The notes beneath the pieces are model-generated. The model saw only the letters and a list, made by a program, of their open reading frames with translations. It made no database searches and had not been told where the DNA came from. The translations under genes and the position numbers were made by a program. Below are positions 1 through 7,832 of a stretch of DNA of 44,430 nucleotides, in pieces; the first letter of the stretch is position 1; every line of letters begins with the position of its first letter. The stretch lies in IMG/VR virus record IMGVR_UViG_3300008255_000030, positions 1 to 44,430 of that record, one strand, 5' to 3'. The stretch comes from a virus. Taxonomy: Duplodnaviria > Caudoviricetes.

Positions 1-123
1 ACTTATGATGCTGCGATGCGAGAAACTAAGAAGTTCGGTAAAACAATGCCTACTGATGAGCAGTTAGGTGAGTTATTAAAAGATAAAAGTGATTTAGAAA
101 ATATTACTTTCCCAGGCTACCGC
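1..123. repeat. Terminal direct repeat, copy 1 (circular assembly overlap)
   Basis: 1-123 (ACTTATGATG...GGCTACCGC) is identical to 44308-44430. Confidence 0.97.
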
Positions 124-291
124 TATACTAATGGCTCGTTTTACCTTCTCGGCTCAAATTTGCACCTCTGGTCGTCCGCGCCCTCGGGTTCTACTGCTTG
201 GTATCGGTTCTTGTACACCTCCTACTCTACCGTCCACCGTTACGCGTACGGTAAGGCCAACGGTTTTTCGGTGCGCTGCCTTAGAGATTAA
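1..291 (+). CDS. 3' part of the junction-spanning DGR-target-like protein (variable-region-like C-terminus)
   Basis: C-terminus GYRYTNGSF...LWSS...AWYRFL...GFSVRCLRD is typical of CLec/Fib_succ_major DGR targets; 115-291 is GC-rich with almost no third-position A. Confidence 0.8.
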   Translation, partial: TYDAAMRETKKFGKTMPTDEQLGELLKDKSDLENITFPGYRYTNGSFYLLGSNLHLWSSAPSGSTAWYRFLYTSYSTVHRYAYGKANGFSVRCLRD

Positions 292-292
292 T

Positions 293-403
293 ATGAAAAA
301 TAAAGTAAAACAAAAGATTAAATACTCATCAAGAGAACAGCTACTAGACGAAGGTTGGATCCATATGGCTCAAAAAGACGGTATAGAAACATTTTTTAGA
401 TAA
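293..403 (+). CDS. Small hypothetical protein (36 aa)
   Basis: ATG two nt after the upstream stop; this is the 3' part of track ORF 131..403. Confidence 0.35.
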   Translation: MKNKVKQKIKYSSREQLLDEGWIHMAQKDGIETFFR

Positions 404-487
404 TGTACAGTTTGTTTATAAAGTACTAAGATATACAGTACCTAGAGTACAAAAGATACATCATATAATGTAAATAGACACATCAAT

Positions 488-649
488 ATGACTAAGCAAG
501 AACTTGTAAGAGATTTATGTTCAGTAGAGAATAGAAACAAATCAGCAACAACTAGATTAATTAATGAGTTTTTAGAAGAGTTGATTAATACGTTGCCGAT
601 AGGAATGAAACGCTCAAGAAAGGTAATTCAAGATTGTTATAATAAATAG
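488..649 (+). CDS. 53-aa protein resembling the HU/IHF N-terminal helices
   Basis: Hand translation MTKQELVRDLCSVENRNKSATTRLINEFLEELINTL...; not in the ORF track. Confidence 0.5.
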   Translation: MTKQELVRDLCSVENRNKSATTRLINEFLEELINTLPIGMKRSRKVIQDCYNK

Positions 650-650
650 T

Positions 651-784
651 CCTTTGTTTAGAGGTGATGAGTGAGGGCAGTTGTTCTCTATCGACCAAGC
701 ACGTGCGGATAGATTGGCAGGTAGTGTTTATCACTCGCCCCAGTCGTCTAGCAAAGCTGATGACTCGTCACCTCGGAACAGAGG
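651..784 (+). ncRNA. Structured RNA candidate with a long closing stem and internal hairpins
   Basis: 651-672 pairs with 763-784 at 21 of 22 positions, including 3 G-U pairs; inner helices TCTATC/GATAGA and GGGC/GCCC. Confidence 0.55.
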
Positions 785-799
785 GTTAATATAATAAAT

Positions 800-1405
800 A
801 TGAAGACAAGTGAAAAAAAATTAAATACAATAAAGATATGGAAATCTAACAACAAAGATAAAGTTAGTGATACTGAAAAAAGATATAGACTTAATCACCC
901 AGAAAAACATCAAGAATGGGAACTTAATAATAAAGAGAAATACTTAAATGAAATAAAATTATGGAGAACAGAAAACATAGAAAAAGTTAAATTATATCGA
1001 AAAACATACAACTCAAAACACCGAAAAGAGATAAATAAACACGAACGGGAAAGAAGACAAATAGATGCTCATTATAAACTTAGAACTAACATATCTCGCT
1101 CTATTTGTGGAAGACTTAAAAGACGTTTATTATCTAAAAAAAACAAACCAACATTTAGTTTTCTTCCATATTCAGTTGATGAACTTAAACAACATTTAGA
1201 AAAACAATTTGTGTGTGATAAGGCTTGGATGAATTGGAATAATTGGGGAATGGGAGTTGGAAAATGGAATATTGACTATATTAGACCAGAGTCTTCATTT
1301 AATTATACCTCTGTTGAGGATACAGAATTTCAAAAGTGTTGGTCATTAAGTAATCTTCAACCGCTAGAAGCTATGGAAAATATGATAAAAGGAAATAGAT
1401 ATTAA
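800..1405 (+). CDS. HNH-like homing endonuclease family protein with a degenerate active site
   Basis: LKQHLEKQF...W.NW...WNIDYIRP...CWSLSNLQPL...N..K matches the phage WHIDHIxP...NLQPLW family; basic helical N-terminus. Confidence 0.75.
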   Translation: MKTSEKKLNTIKIWKSNNKDKVSDTEKRYRLNHPEKHQEWELNNKEKYLNEIKLWRTENIEKVKLYRKTYNSKHRKEINKHERERRQIDAHYKLRTNISRSICGRLKRRLLSKKNKPTFSFLPYSVDELKQHLEKQFVCDKAWMNWNNWGMGVGKWNIDYIRPESSFNYTSVEDTEFQKCWSLSNLQPLEAMENMIKGNRY

Positions 1406-1432
1406 TTTATTAGTCCGCAGATGTTTATGGGA

Positions 1433-1614
1433 TTTGAGGATTAAAATGGCTATCACTGGAGTTCTGTCGCTCCTATGTAAACCACAGATAGAAAATAATC
1501 CTTACTAGGTCAGATTGCTACGAGAGCCTAGTCGGTAACCTATCGTTAAAGGTATTGGCAGATACTCCCCGTCAGTTAAAAGCTAACATACGAGCAAGTA
1601 TGGGCGGGGGGTAT
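1433..1614 (+). ncRNA. Multi-hairpin structured element (RNA or origin-like)
   Basis: Helices GAGGATT/AATCCTT, ACTAGG/CCTAGT and ATACTCCCCGTC/GGCGGGGGGTAT. Confidence 0.4.
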
Positions 1615-1710
1615 AGATTATAAAGGTCTAATTAGACTTAAATTAGACTCAAATTATACTATTATGAAAAACTATTACAATAACTATTGTAAATAATTAC
1701 AATAAATAAT

Positions 1711-2160
1711 ATGCCTGAAAACTTAAAAAAAGCCTTAGAGATGATGCTATTTATGTCAGACCAACAAGTATTGTGGACTGAATGTAAAAAGATAAACTTC
1801 AAAAAGAAAGATTGGTTTAAAGAATATACTTGGACGGAAAAAAGAGAGGAGCAGTATATTCAATGGCTATCAGACTTCTTAAAGAAAAACTGGCAAGGAA
1901 TGATTGATACAAAGCCTACAAGTAAGAAGCTAAGAGATAAGGTGTCAGAAGAATTCGTTAGTAATTATGGTTGCGTTATAAGAGAACTTAACATAAAAGA
2001 TTTCACGCCAACAGTTTCTTGGGATCATCTTGATGAGGTAATGAGTAAAAGAGAACGAGAATCCTTTAATAAATGGATGTTCGGACAGACCACCCCCTTA
2101 CATGGAGTTTATAAGTGGGATTTAGAAACATATTTAGCACATAGACCAAACTTAGACTAA
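1711..2160 (+). CDS. Hypothetical phage protein
   Basis: 149-aa ORF with AT-rich start context. Confidence 0.75.
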   Translation: MPENLKKALEMMLFMSDQQVLWTECKKINFKKKDWFKEYTWTEKREEQYIQWLSDFLKKNWQGMIDTKPTSKKLRDKVSEEFVSNYGCVIRELNIKDFTPTVSWDHLDEVMSKRERESFNKWMFGQTTPLHGVYKWDLETYLAHRPNLD

Positions 2161-2321
2161 AATTACCAAATAATAGGTATTACCAGTTCACATTATATGT
2201 ACAATTGTATACTATTATGTACAGTTATACACCATATACGGTTAATAACTAGACTAATTAAGTACGAGTAAACTAGACCAAAACCTACGCATCTCATTAT
2301 CTAATATAAGCCAATAACAAT

Positions 2322-2621
2322 ATGAATATCAAAAAAATCTATACAAAAAGAGAGAAAGCTTATCAAACATTATTAAAATGCGATATAGAAATTGATGAAC
2401 TTCTTAAAAAGATAGACCAGGCAGACGGAGCTTTGAATAAAATAACCAAGAAAAGTAAGTCAGTTAAGGAGTTAAAATCTTTTGCGGAATACTGTTTACT
2501 TCACCCCGAACAACGCTTCTGGCAAGCACTTAGGAATTGGTCTGAGGTGGCCACAATATATTGGTCGGTGTATAATGATAAAATAGACGATTTAGAATTA
2601 ATAGATACTTATAATAAATAA
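2322..2621 (+). CDS. Hypothetical phage protein
   Basis: ORF in a tightly packed array; HPEQRFWQALRNW motif. Confidence 0.75.
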   Translation: MNIKKIYTKREKAYQTLLKCDIEIDELLKKIDQADGALNKITKKSKSVKELKSFAEYCLLHPEQRFWQALRNWSEVATIYWSVYNDKIDDLELIDTYNK

Positions 2622-2622
2622 T

Positions 2623-2925
2623 ATGAAACCAACATTAAAAGAGTTCACAGGATGGATGAAGAAATTTAAAGAATTAAACGATAATGTAGAGCGAGCCAAC
2701 GAGGGACTAAAACTTTTATATGATGATTTTAATGGTGTCTTTCTAGGTTGGCACGAACAATTTATGCTTGACCTTATAAAAAGATTAATGGATGATGTCA
2801 ACGACTGGATTGGCTGGTATATATATGAGAATAAATGGGGTCAAGGTAAAATGAAATGTTATGATAAGAATAATAAGTTATTGAAAAGTAAAACCATAGA
2901 AGACTTGTATAATTTGGTTAAATAA
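2623..2925 (+). CDS. Hypothetical phage protein
   Basis: 1-nt spacing to neighbours; DWIGWYIYE.KWG motif. Confidence 0.75.
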   Translation: MKPTLKEFTGWMKKFKELNDNVERANEGLKLLYDDFNGVFLGWHEQFMLDLIKRLMDDVNDWIGWYIYENKWGQGKMKCYDKNNKLLKSKTIEDLYNLVK

Positions 2926-2926
2926 T

Positions 2927-3289
2927 ATGAACTCATACGCATTAAAAATTATCGGTTCTTCTCCCATAGAAGCTAAACTTGACGACAGTAAAGATTATTC
3001 CGTAGCTTTTAAAAGGTTAGGAATTAAGAGAGTAGTAAAAGAACCACTAGAACAAGACGGAGAACATAAATATACTTTTGTTTGTGATAACTTAGCAGAT
3101 TTAACTGTTATATCAGAAGACAAAATCATTCTAGGTAAAAATAAAAGCAATTCTAAGAGAATAAGGAATCGTGCTTGGATTTATAGCAACGATCAAGGAA
3201 TAGATAACGAAAAGTTTTATAATGATTTTAGTTCTGCTTTAATAACTAATTTTGATAGCGTAGTTGAGTTTTTAAGATTAGATACATAG
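2927..3289 (+). CDS. Hypothetical phage protein
   Basis: Packed ORF. Confidence 0.75.
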   Translation: MNSYALKIIGSSPIEAKLDDSKDYSVAFKRLGIKRVVKEPLEQDGEHKYTFVCDNLADLTVISEDKIILGKNKSNSKRIRNRAWIYSNDQGIDNEKFYNDFSSALITNFDSVVEFLRLDT

Positions 3290-3290
3290 T

Positions 3291-3431
3291 ATGCCATTTT
3301 TAGAATACAAATGTGATGAGTGCGGTAAGCATTTCACTAAAAAGAGTTCTGAAAGAACTGGCAAAAAACATTATTGTTCTAGGGTGTGTTCTCATATAGG
3401 CAGAGCAAGAGAGATATATAATAGCAAATAA
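3291..3431 (+). CDS. Small zinc-finger protein (46 aa)
   Basis: Hand translation MPFLEYKCDECGKHF...HYCSRVCS; fills the gap with 1-nt spacers. Confidence 0.7.
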   Translation: MPFLEYKCDECGKHFTKKSSERTGKKHYCSRVCSHIGRAREIYNSK

Positions 3432-3432
3432 T

Positions 3433-3735
3433 ATGTTTAATAAGTCATTGAGGGAAAAAATTAAAAACCACCTTGAAAGTATTTACCCTAAAGAAATGAG
3501 TAGTGGTGATATTGAAGACTTTGCTAAATATCAAGGTTATAACGGAGAAACCGGAAGAAAGCGTTGTGGAGATTTAGTTAAAGAGGGATTAGTTAAGACA
3601 ATAGTTAAAACTATTGTTAAACAAGACGGAAAAATTACAGAGGTAGCTTTTCATAAGGCTGTTATTAACGAGCCAATTAAACTAGAAGTAATGCCAGAGT
3701 ATGAATTATTTAATCCGCAGGGGAAATTATTATAA
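3433..3735 (+). CDS. Putative winged-helix DNA-binding protein
   Basis: Helix-turn-helix plus beta-wing pattern (ETGRKRCGDLVKEGLV). Confidence 0.6.
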   Translation: MFNKSLREKIKNHLESIYPKEMSSGDIEDFAKYQGYNGETGRKRCGDLVKEGLVKTIVKTIVKQDGKITEVAFHKAVINEPIKLEVMPEYELFNPQGKLL

Positions 3736-3739
3736 TTAT

Positions 3740-3943
3740 ATGGCACATAATTTAAAATGGTTTACTAATAGAATAGGTAAAAGAATATTCAGAGATGATG
3801 ACGGTTGCGGTTGTAATTTTTGTAACGATGTTGTCAAAAATGGATTAATAGTTTTTAACGAAAGCCACGCACAATATTTAGCAATGATAGATAACGATTT
3901 TGAAGCTTGCGGAGTAAAAATGAATTATAGAGATAGAAAATAA
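3740..3943 (+). CDS. Hypothetical protein with CxCxxC motif
   Basis: Track ORF 3701..3943; ATG at 3740 avoids overlap with the upstream gene. Confidence 0.7.
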   Translation: MAHNLKWFTNRIGKRIFRDDDGCGCNFCNDVVKNGLIVFNESHAQYLAMIDNDFEACGVKMNYRDRK

Positions 3944-3971
3944 TGTAGCTATCACGATAGCTTTAAATAAT

Positions 3972-4124
3972 ATGAAAAATAAATGTGGAGTTATTAATAG
4001 TGGAAAAACCAATAGTGCCTGTTTACCTATAATGGAATGGAAATGTTATTGCGAAACAACAGGCTGTCGGGAAATAATTAAAAGAAAAATTAATCTAAAT
4101 AAGTTTTTTCCAGAAAAGTTTTAA
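3972..4124 (+). CDS. Small Cys-rich hypothetical protein (50 aa)
   Basis: Hand translation MKNKCGVINSGK...; AATAAT-ATG context. Confidence 0.5.
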   Translation: MKNKCGVINSGKTNSACLPIMEWKCYCETTGCREIIKRKINLNKFFPEKF

Positions 4125-4260
4125 TTTCATCTCTGCTTTAATTTTAGCAAGCACCCTAACAAGTCAATGTCGTATTTATTCCGCTTCGCTTCATAAATCT
4201 CCACATATGACTTAGTCAGGGAACACCGCTTGCTTTCTTTCGGGCATAGATGAGAATTAA
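4121..4260. other. Approximately 140-nt imperfect palindrome (rod-like hairpin)
   Basis: Nested helices TCATCT/AGATGA, AGCAAGC/GCTTGCT, CCCT/AGGG, AAGTCA/TGACTT, ATTTAT/ATAAAT around loop CCGCTTCGCTT. Confidence 0.65.
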
Positions 4261-4280
4261 CTCATCATAAGATTAAAAAT

Positions 4281-4412
4281 ATGAAAAAAGACATCGTAGA
4301 GTATTGCGTTGAAAATCCCGATGAAATTGTAGAAGACATAATGAAGAAATTTAATGTTCCGCAGTCAACAGCGTTTTATGCTATTTGTGAGGCGGCTAAA
4401 AAACTTAAATAA
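4281..4412 (+). CDS. Small HTH-like protein (43 aa)
   Basis: Hand translation MKKDIVEYCVENPDEIVEDIMKKFNVPQSTAFYAI. Confidence 0.55.
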   Translation: MKKDIVEYCVENPDEIVEDIMKKFNVPQSTAFYAICEAAKKLK

Positions 4413-4417
4413 ATAAT

Positions 4418-4606
4418 ATGTCTATCAAACAATGCGAGTGTGGTTCTAAAGATTTTTATGTCAGAGAGGATTATGCTTATAAGGCTGATTTAGATGATAA
4501 AGGCAGTCTTGATTGTGGAAAAGCAGACGGAGGAATAACTGAAATATGTTGTGCTAAGTGCGGTAAGCAATTTAGCGAAAATGATTTTAGTCAGATTAAC
4601 TTTTAA
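4418..4606 (+). CDS. Zinc-ribbon protein
   Basis: CECGS...CAKCG. Confidence 0.75.
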   Translation: MSIKQCECGSKDFYVREDYAYKADLDDKGSLDCGKADGGITEICCAKCGKQFSENDFSQINF

Positions 4607-4610
4607 TAAT

Positions 4611-4901
4611 ATGGATAATTTATTAACACCGAGAGAAGCAGCTAAAGATTTAATAAGTGTTTATGTAGAAAGAGGCGACAGCCTTGAAAGTTTACGAGCA
4701 GGATACCAGGGAACTTCTGGCGAAGATTATTATGCTTGTATAGGAGGATATGTTGGAGAATTTCCAAATCTAAAGAAAGTTAGCAATGATAAAATTGTAG
4801 TGAGTAGGATTGGCAGTCAGAAAATCGAGCCTCAGATATTTTCGTTAGTGGAGTTATTTAATGAGATAAAGTTAGGAGTTAAGCAGGTAGCTTTATTTTA
4901 A
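4611..4901 (+). CDS. Hypothetical protein
   Basis: Track ORF 4551..4901; ATG at 4611 is more plausible. Confidence 0.7.
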   Translation: MDNLLTPREAAKDLISVYVERGDSLESLRAGYQGTSGEDYYACIGGYVGEFPNLKKVSNDKIVVSRIGSQKIEPQIFSLVELFNEIKLGVKQVALF

Positions 4902-4905
4902 TTAT

Positions 4906-5055
4906 ATGAAAGAGTCTAAAGATTACATTACGATTGAATATAACAAAGTGTTTATTAATTCAGGAAGTAGCAAGATTGATGCGACAATAGCATTTAGAGT
5001 AGGTTTGGCGATTGGCTCAAAGGATTATAATGATATTAATTATTCAAAAATATGA
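4906..5055 (+). CDS. Small protein (49 aa), paralog of 41965..42123
   Basis: MKESKDYITIEYNKVFINSGSSKIDATIAFRVGLAIGSKDY; ATGA overlap with the next gene. Confidence 0.75.
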   Translation: MKESKDYITIEYNKVFINSGSSKIDATIAFRVGLAIGSKDYNDINYSKI

Positions 5056-5237
5056 AGAATGGAATTAATTTTTATAGTGCGGAGCAGATTTTTACTAATC
5101 CGAGTACCCTGTCTAGTAGAGATGGAAAGACTTGGAGAGTATCAAGACCGTTGGGATTTTATGGTTTAAGACATAGATTAAGAGCATTGATATTGGTTTG
5201 GCAAGAGAAGGCTGATTTGATTATTTGGCCAGAGTAG
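5052..5237 (+). CDS. Hypothetical phage protein
   Basis: W..SRPLG...RL.A...V...KAD pattern seen in small phage proteins. Confidence 0.7.
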   Translation: MKNGINFYSAEQIFTNPSTLSSRDGKTWRVSRPLGFYGLRHRLRALILVWQEKADLIIWPE

Positions 5238-5262
5238 TAAGCCCTTCGGTGATTATAATTTT

Positions 5263-5457
5263 ATGTAATTTAGTAATGGTGAGATAGTTAGATATGATAG
5301 AGCGATAGATTATATTAAGAAAGAGAATTATTCGGGTAGGCACATTTGGGCGTGTTTAGGAAGTGCTGGTTTTACATTTATTAGTGATATAAATAGATTC
5401 GCAGATTATTGCGATAGTATAAGGCAAACAAGATTTGCGAAGTTTATAAGAAGATAG
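5263..5457 (+). pseudogene. Probable pseudogene with a stop at codon 2
   Basis: ATG TAA followed by 62 open in-frame codons (FSNGEIVRYDRAIDYIKK...KFIRR) ending just before the terminator. Confidence 0.55.
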
Positions 5458-5477
5458 TCCTAATAGGATTTAGTGAG

Positions 5478-5501
5478 AAATGGGCGAAAGCCTGTTTTTT
5501 G
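5478..5501 (+). terminator. Intrinsic terminator ending the early gene array
   Basis: ATGGGC-GAAA-GCCTGT followed by a T-run. Confidence 0.75.
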
Positions 5502-5605
5502 TTATTATCCCATTGCCCCTCCCCTGCTTTTAAACACTCTCGTAGCGGTTTCCGCTAAAGCGTCACCTTCTCAAGTCTTTAACAGCTACTGCCTTAATAT
5601 ACAGC

Positions 5606-5718
5606 CCTGTAAATATTCCGCTAACTCCTTATATAATTAGAGTTAGTTTTTTTAATCTGTAAATTGTTTATATCATTTTTTTTCTTATTTTTACAGGTAT
5701 CTCATTATTTTTTACAGG
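5606..5718. repeat. Four TTTACAG(G) motifs (2 inverted, 2 direct); candidate operator or oriT-like sites
   Basis: CCTGTAAA 5606-13, CTGTAAA 5657-63, TTTACAGG 5690-97 and 5711-18. Confidence 0.5.
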
Positions 5719-6422
5719 TTTTTTTGAAAGATGAAATTGACATAAGGGAATTAAAGGATAGTCTTAGAGATGTTATTCCATTAAATTCAGGGGGTAGTTT
5801 TAAGCTCCTTTGGGATATGTTATATCATATCCGTTTACTTAAATATGTTCGCCGATCACAGCTAAAAGAAATTGACAGCCGATATTCAAAGATTTGTGCT
5901 ACTAAAAAACTAACCAAATTAGTTGAACTTGACCTACTAAAGAATACCCAAAAAGATGTATATATTTCTACTTATAAATCGTTAGTCCTACTTAAACAGC
6001 TTAAATATCCAACCCAGACTTTACCTAAAAATATAACAGGCGAAGGGTTTATTAACGAACTAAATAACACAACAGTATTTATTCAAGCCCTAAAACTTCC
6101 TGATTATCACTCACTACTTTATCCTAATTTTGAATACATAAAACCAGATGCCTTACTTATTAGAGGCGATAATGTTAGATATAAATTAGAATTTATAGAG
6201 GTTGAGTCAAGCAAAGCTAACTGGACTAATTGGCTTGAAAATAAGAGAGTGAACTACTTAAAACTTGCTCAAGACAAACAGGTATATAATTACTGGAAAG
6301 AGCAATGTAATTTTATAAACTTACCTATTCCTGATATTAAAGATTTTAAGTTTTCAGTTAGTATAATTGGAAAAGTTAATCATAATTTTGGAGAGGGTCT
6401 TAATTTTATGGAGAAGTTATGA
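5664..6422 (+). CDS. Replication-relaxation (Replic_Relax)-like wHTH + PD-(D/E)xK-fold protein; start uncertain (possibly TTG near 5724)
   Basis: wHTH-like N-terminus (LKYVRRSQL...KLTKLVELDLL) and IKPDALL...FIEVES motif. Confidence 0.65.
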   Translation: MFISFFFLFLQVSHYFLQVFLKDEIDIRELKDSLRDVIPLNSGGSFKLLWDMLYHIRLLKYVRRSQLKEIDSRYSKICATKKLTKLVELDLLKNTQKDVYISTYKSLVLLKQLKYPTQTLPKNITGEGFINELNNTTVFIQALKLPDYHSLLYPNFEYIKPDALLIRGDNVRYKLEFIEVESSKANWTNWLENKRVNYLKLAQDKQVYNYWKEQCNFINLPIPDIKDFKFSVSIIGKVNHNFGEGLNFMEKL

Positions 6423-7009
6423 AGTTAAAAAGATTTACTGATTTACATCCTTTTTTATTTTTATATATAATGACTTTTATTATTGTTTTTATTTTCTTTA
6501 TGGGTTCTGTATGCTATTATATCATTTTTTACGATGAATGGTTTTTTGATTTTAGGTTTTTATTAATGATAAGTATTCTGTTTTTCATCTTGTTTTCATT
6601 ATTTATTTTTTCTAACGAATTTGATGAAATGAGAAAGAAATCTAATATATTAAAATTAAATATTGGTTTACGTGCGATTTATAAGATGAAAAAAAGGCTC
6701 CCAAAACTTATCTGCAAACATTGTCTTAAAACAATAATTGTTAAGAATATAGATTTAGCTTGTCCATTTTGTGATGCTAATTTTACTGTTACCGATACAG
6801 AAAAATCTATACAAATGGGAGATGTTTTTGCTAAAGGAGTTAGAAGTTTAGTTAATGAATCTACAATGGAAAAGATTTTATTTTTAGAGTGTCCGGCTTG
6901 TAGTAGTAAGATTAGGAATATTGATTGTTATCATTGTGGTAAAGAATTAGATTTATTTGAAGAATATGATGAATATAGTATAGAGAGAGATCGCTATGAG
7001 CCAATTTAA
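6419..7009 (+). CDS. Membrane protein with 2 TM helices and a double zinc ribbon
   Basis: Two hydrophobic N-terminal segments; four CxxC motifs; ATGA overlap. Confidence 0.75.
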   Translation: MKLKRFTDLHPFLFLYIMTFIIVFIFFMGSVCYYIIFYDEWFFDFRFLLMISILFFILFSLFIFSNEFDEMRKKSNILKLNIGLRAIYKMKKRLPKLICKHCLKTIIVKNIDLACPFCDANFTVTDTEKSIQMGDVFAKGVRSLVNESTMEKILFLECPACSSKIRNIDCYHCGKELDLFEEYDEYSIERDRYEPI

Positions 7010-7832
7010 GGCAAAGACAGAATTAAATATTAATAAGGTGGATGTTCCCATTGAATATGATAACACCCCAGAAGAAGTTAGTAATTCTTATAATGATGTT
7101 TATGATTTTGCTCAAATTTCTATTGATAACTTAAGTAAAATATTACAATCTACTATTAACAGTAGAACCCCATTTTTTATATGGTCGAGAGAAAGGCAGA
7201 ATGAAAAAATTAGGTTAGATAATGAAAAACAAAATCTAATATTAGATAAGATTAGCATACTGCAGTCAACTATTACAGATATTAACCAATTAAAGGCAGA
7301 TATATTTTTTAGTGCGGAGTATATTAATAATCTTATAGCAGACAAAAAAATGAGAGCCGAGCATTATTTTCAATTAGCCATTGCTCAACACAAGGAATCA
7401 TTAACTGGAATAAAAGTTAATATTGATTTAACTAATTCATTGGTAGACCACGACCAAATAGATAAAGATAGAAAAATTAAAACCAATCAAGGAATTGATG
7501 CCGATAACGCAATTAAGTTAGCACAAGCAAGAAAACTTCAAGCCGAAGCCGAAAACATGGAGTCACTAAACGAGCTTAGAAAAATAGTGATGAGTAAAAT
7601 TGACTTTGATAATTTTCCACACGCTTATATTTCCGATTTAGTAATTGCTTTATCTGGTGTGAATATGAAAACTTTTAGCCAGTTTGAAATGGAAGATAGT
7701 TTGAATAAAATTTTTGAGAGAATGGAGAACGCTAAAGCCAGAAAAGCCGAAGCAGAAGTTGATGACTTTATGAACTCTGCTGAATTTAGGAAATGGAAGA
7801 ACGACAAAACGAGAAGAGATGGCGAATTATAA
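6996..7832 (+). CDS. Coiled-coil protein in the relaxase/ATPase operon
   Basis: Helical and heptad-rich; overlaps both neighbours. Confidence 0.75.
   Translation: MSQFKAKTELNINKVDVPIEYDNTPEEVSNSYNDVYDFAQISIDNLSKILQSTINSRTPFFIWSRERQNEKIRLDNEKQNLILDKISILQSTITDINQLKADIFFSAEYINNLIADKKMRAEHYFQLAIAQHKESLTGIKVNIDLTNSLVDHDQIDKDRKIKTNQGIDADNAIKLAQARKLQAEAENMESLNELRKIVMSKIDFDNFPHAYISDLVIALSGVNMKTFSQFEMEDSLNKIFERMENAKARKAEAEVDDFMNSAEFRKWKNDKTRRDGEL

Noticed and set aside
131-292. N-terminal part of track ORF 131..403
   Set aside because: Alternate frame kept open by the GC-rich, A-poor variable region.
651-1630. Group I intron around the HNH ORF, or a hammerhead at CTGATGA (757-763)
   Set aside because: No recognisable P7/R-S elements, no interrupted host gene, and no correctly placed GAAA partner.
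2185-2280. TATGTACA and AACTAGAC short repeats
   Set aside because: Only two copies each in AT-rich DNA; too weak to assign a function.
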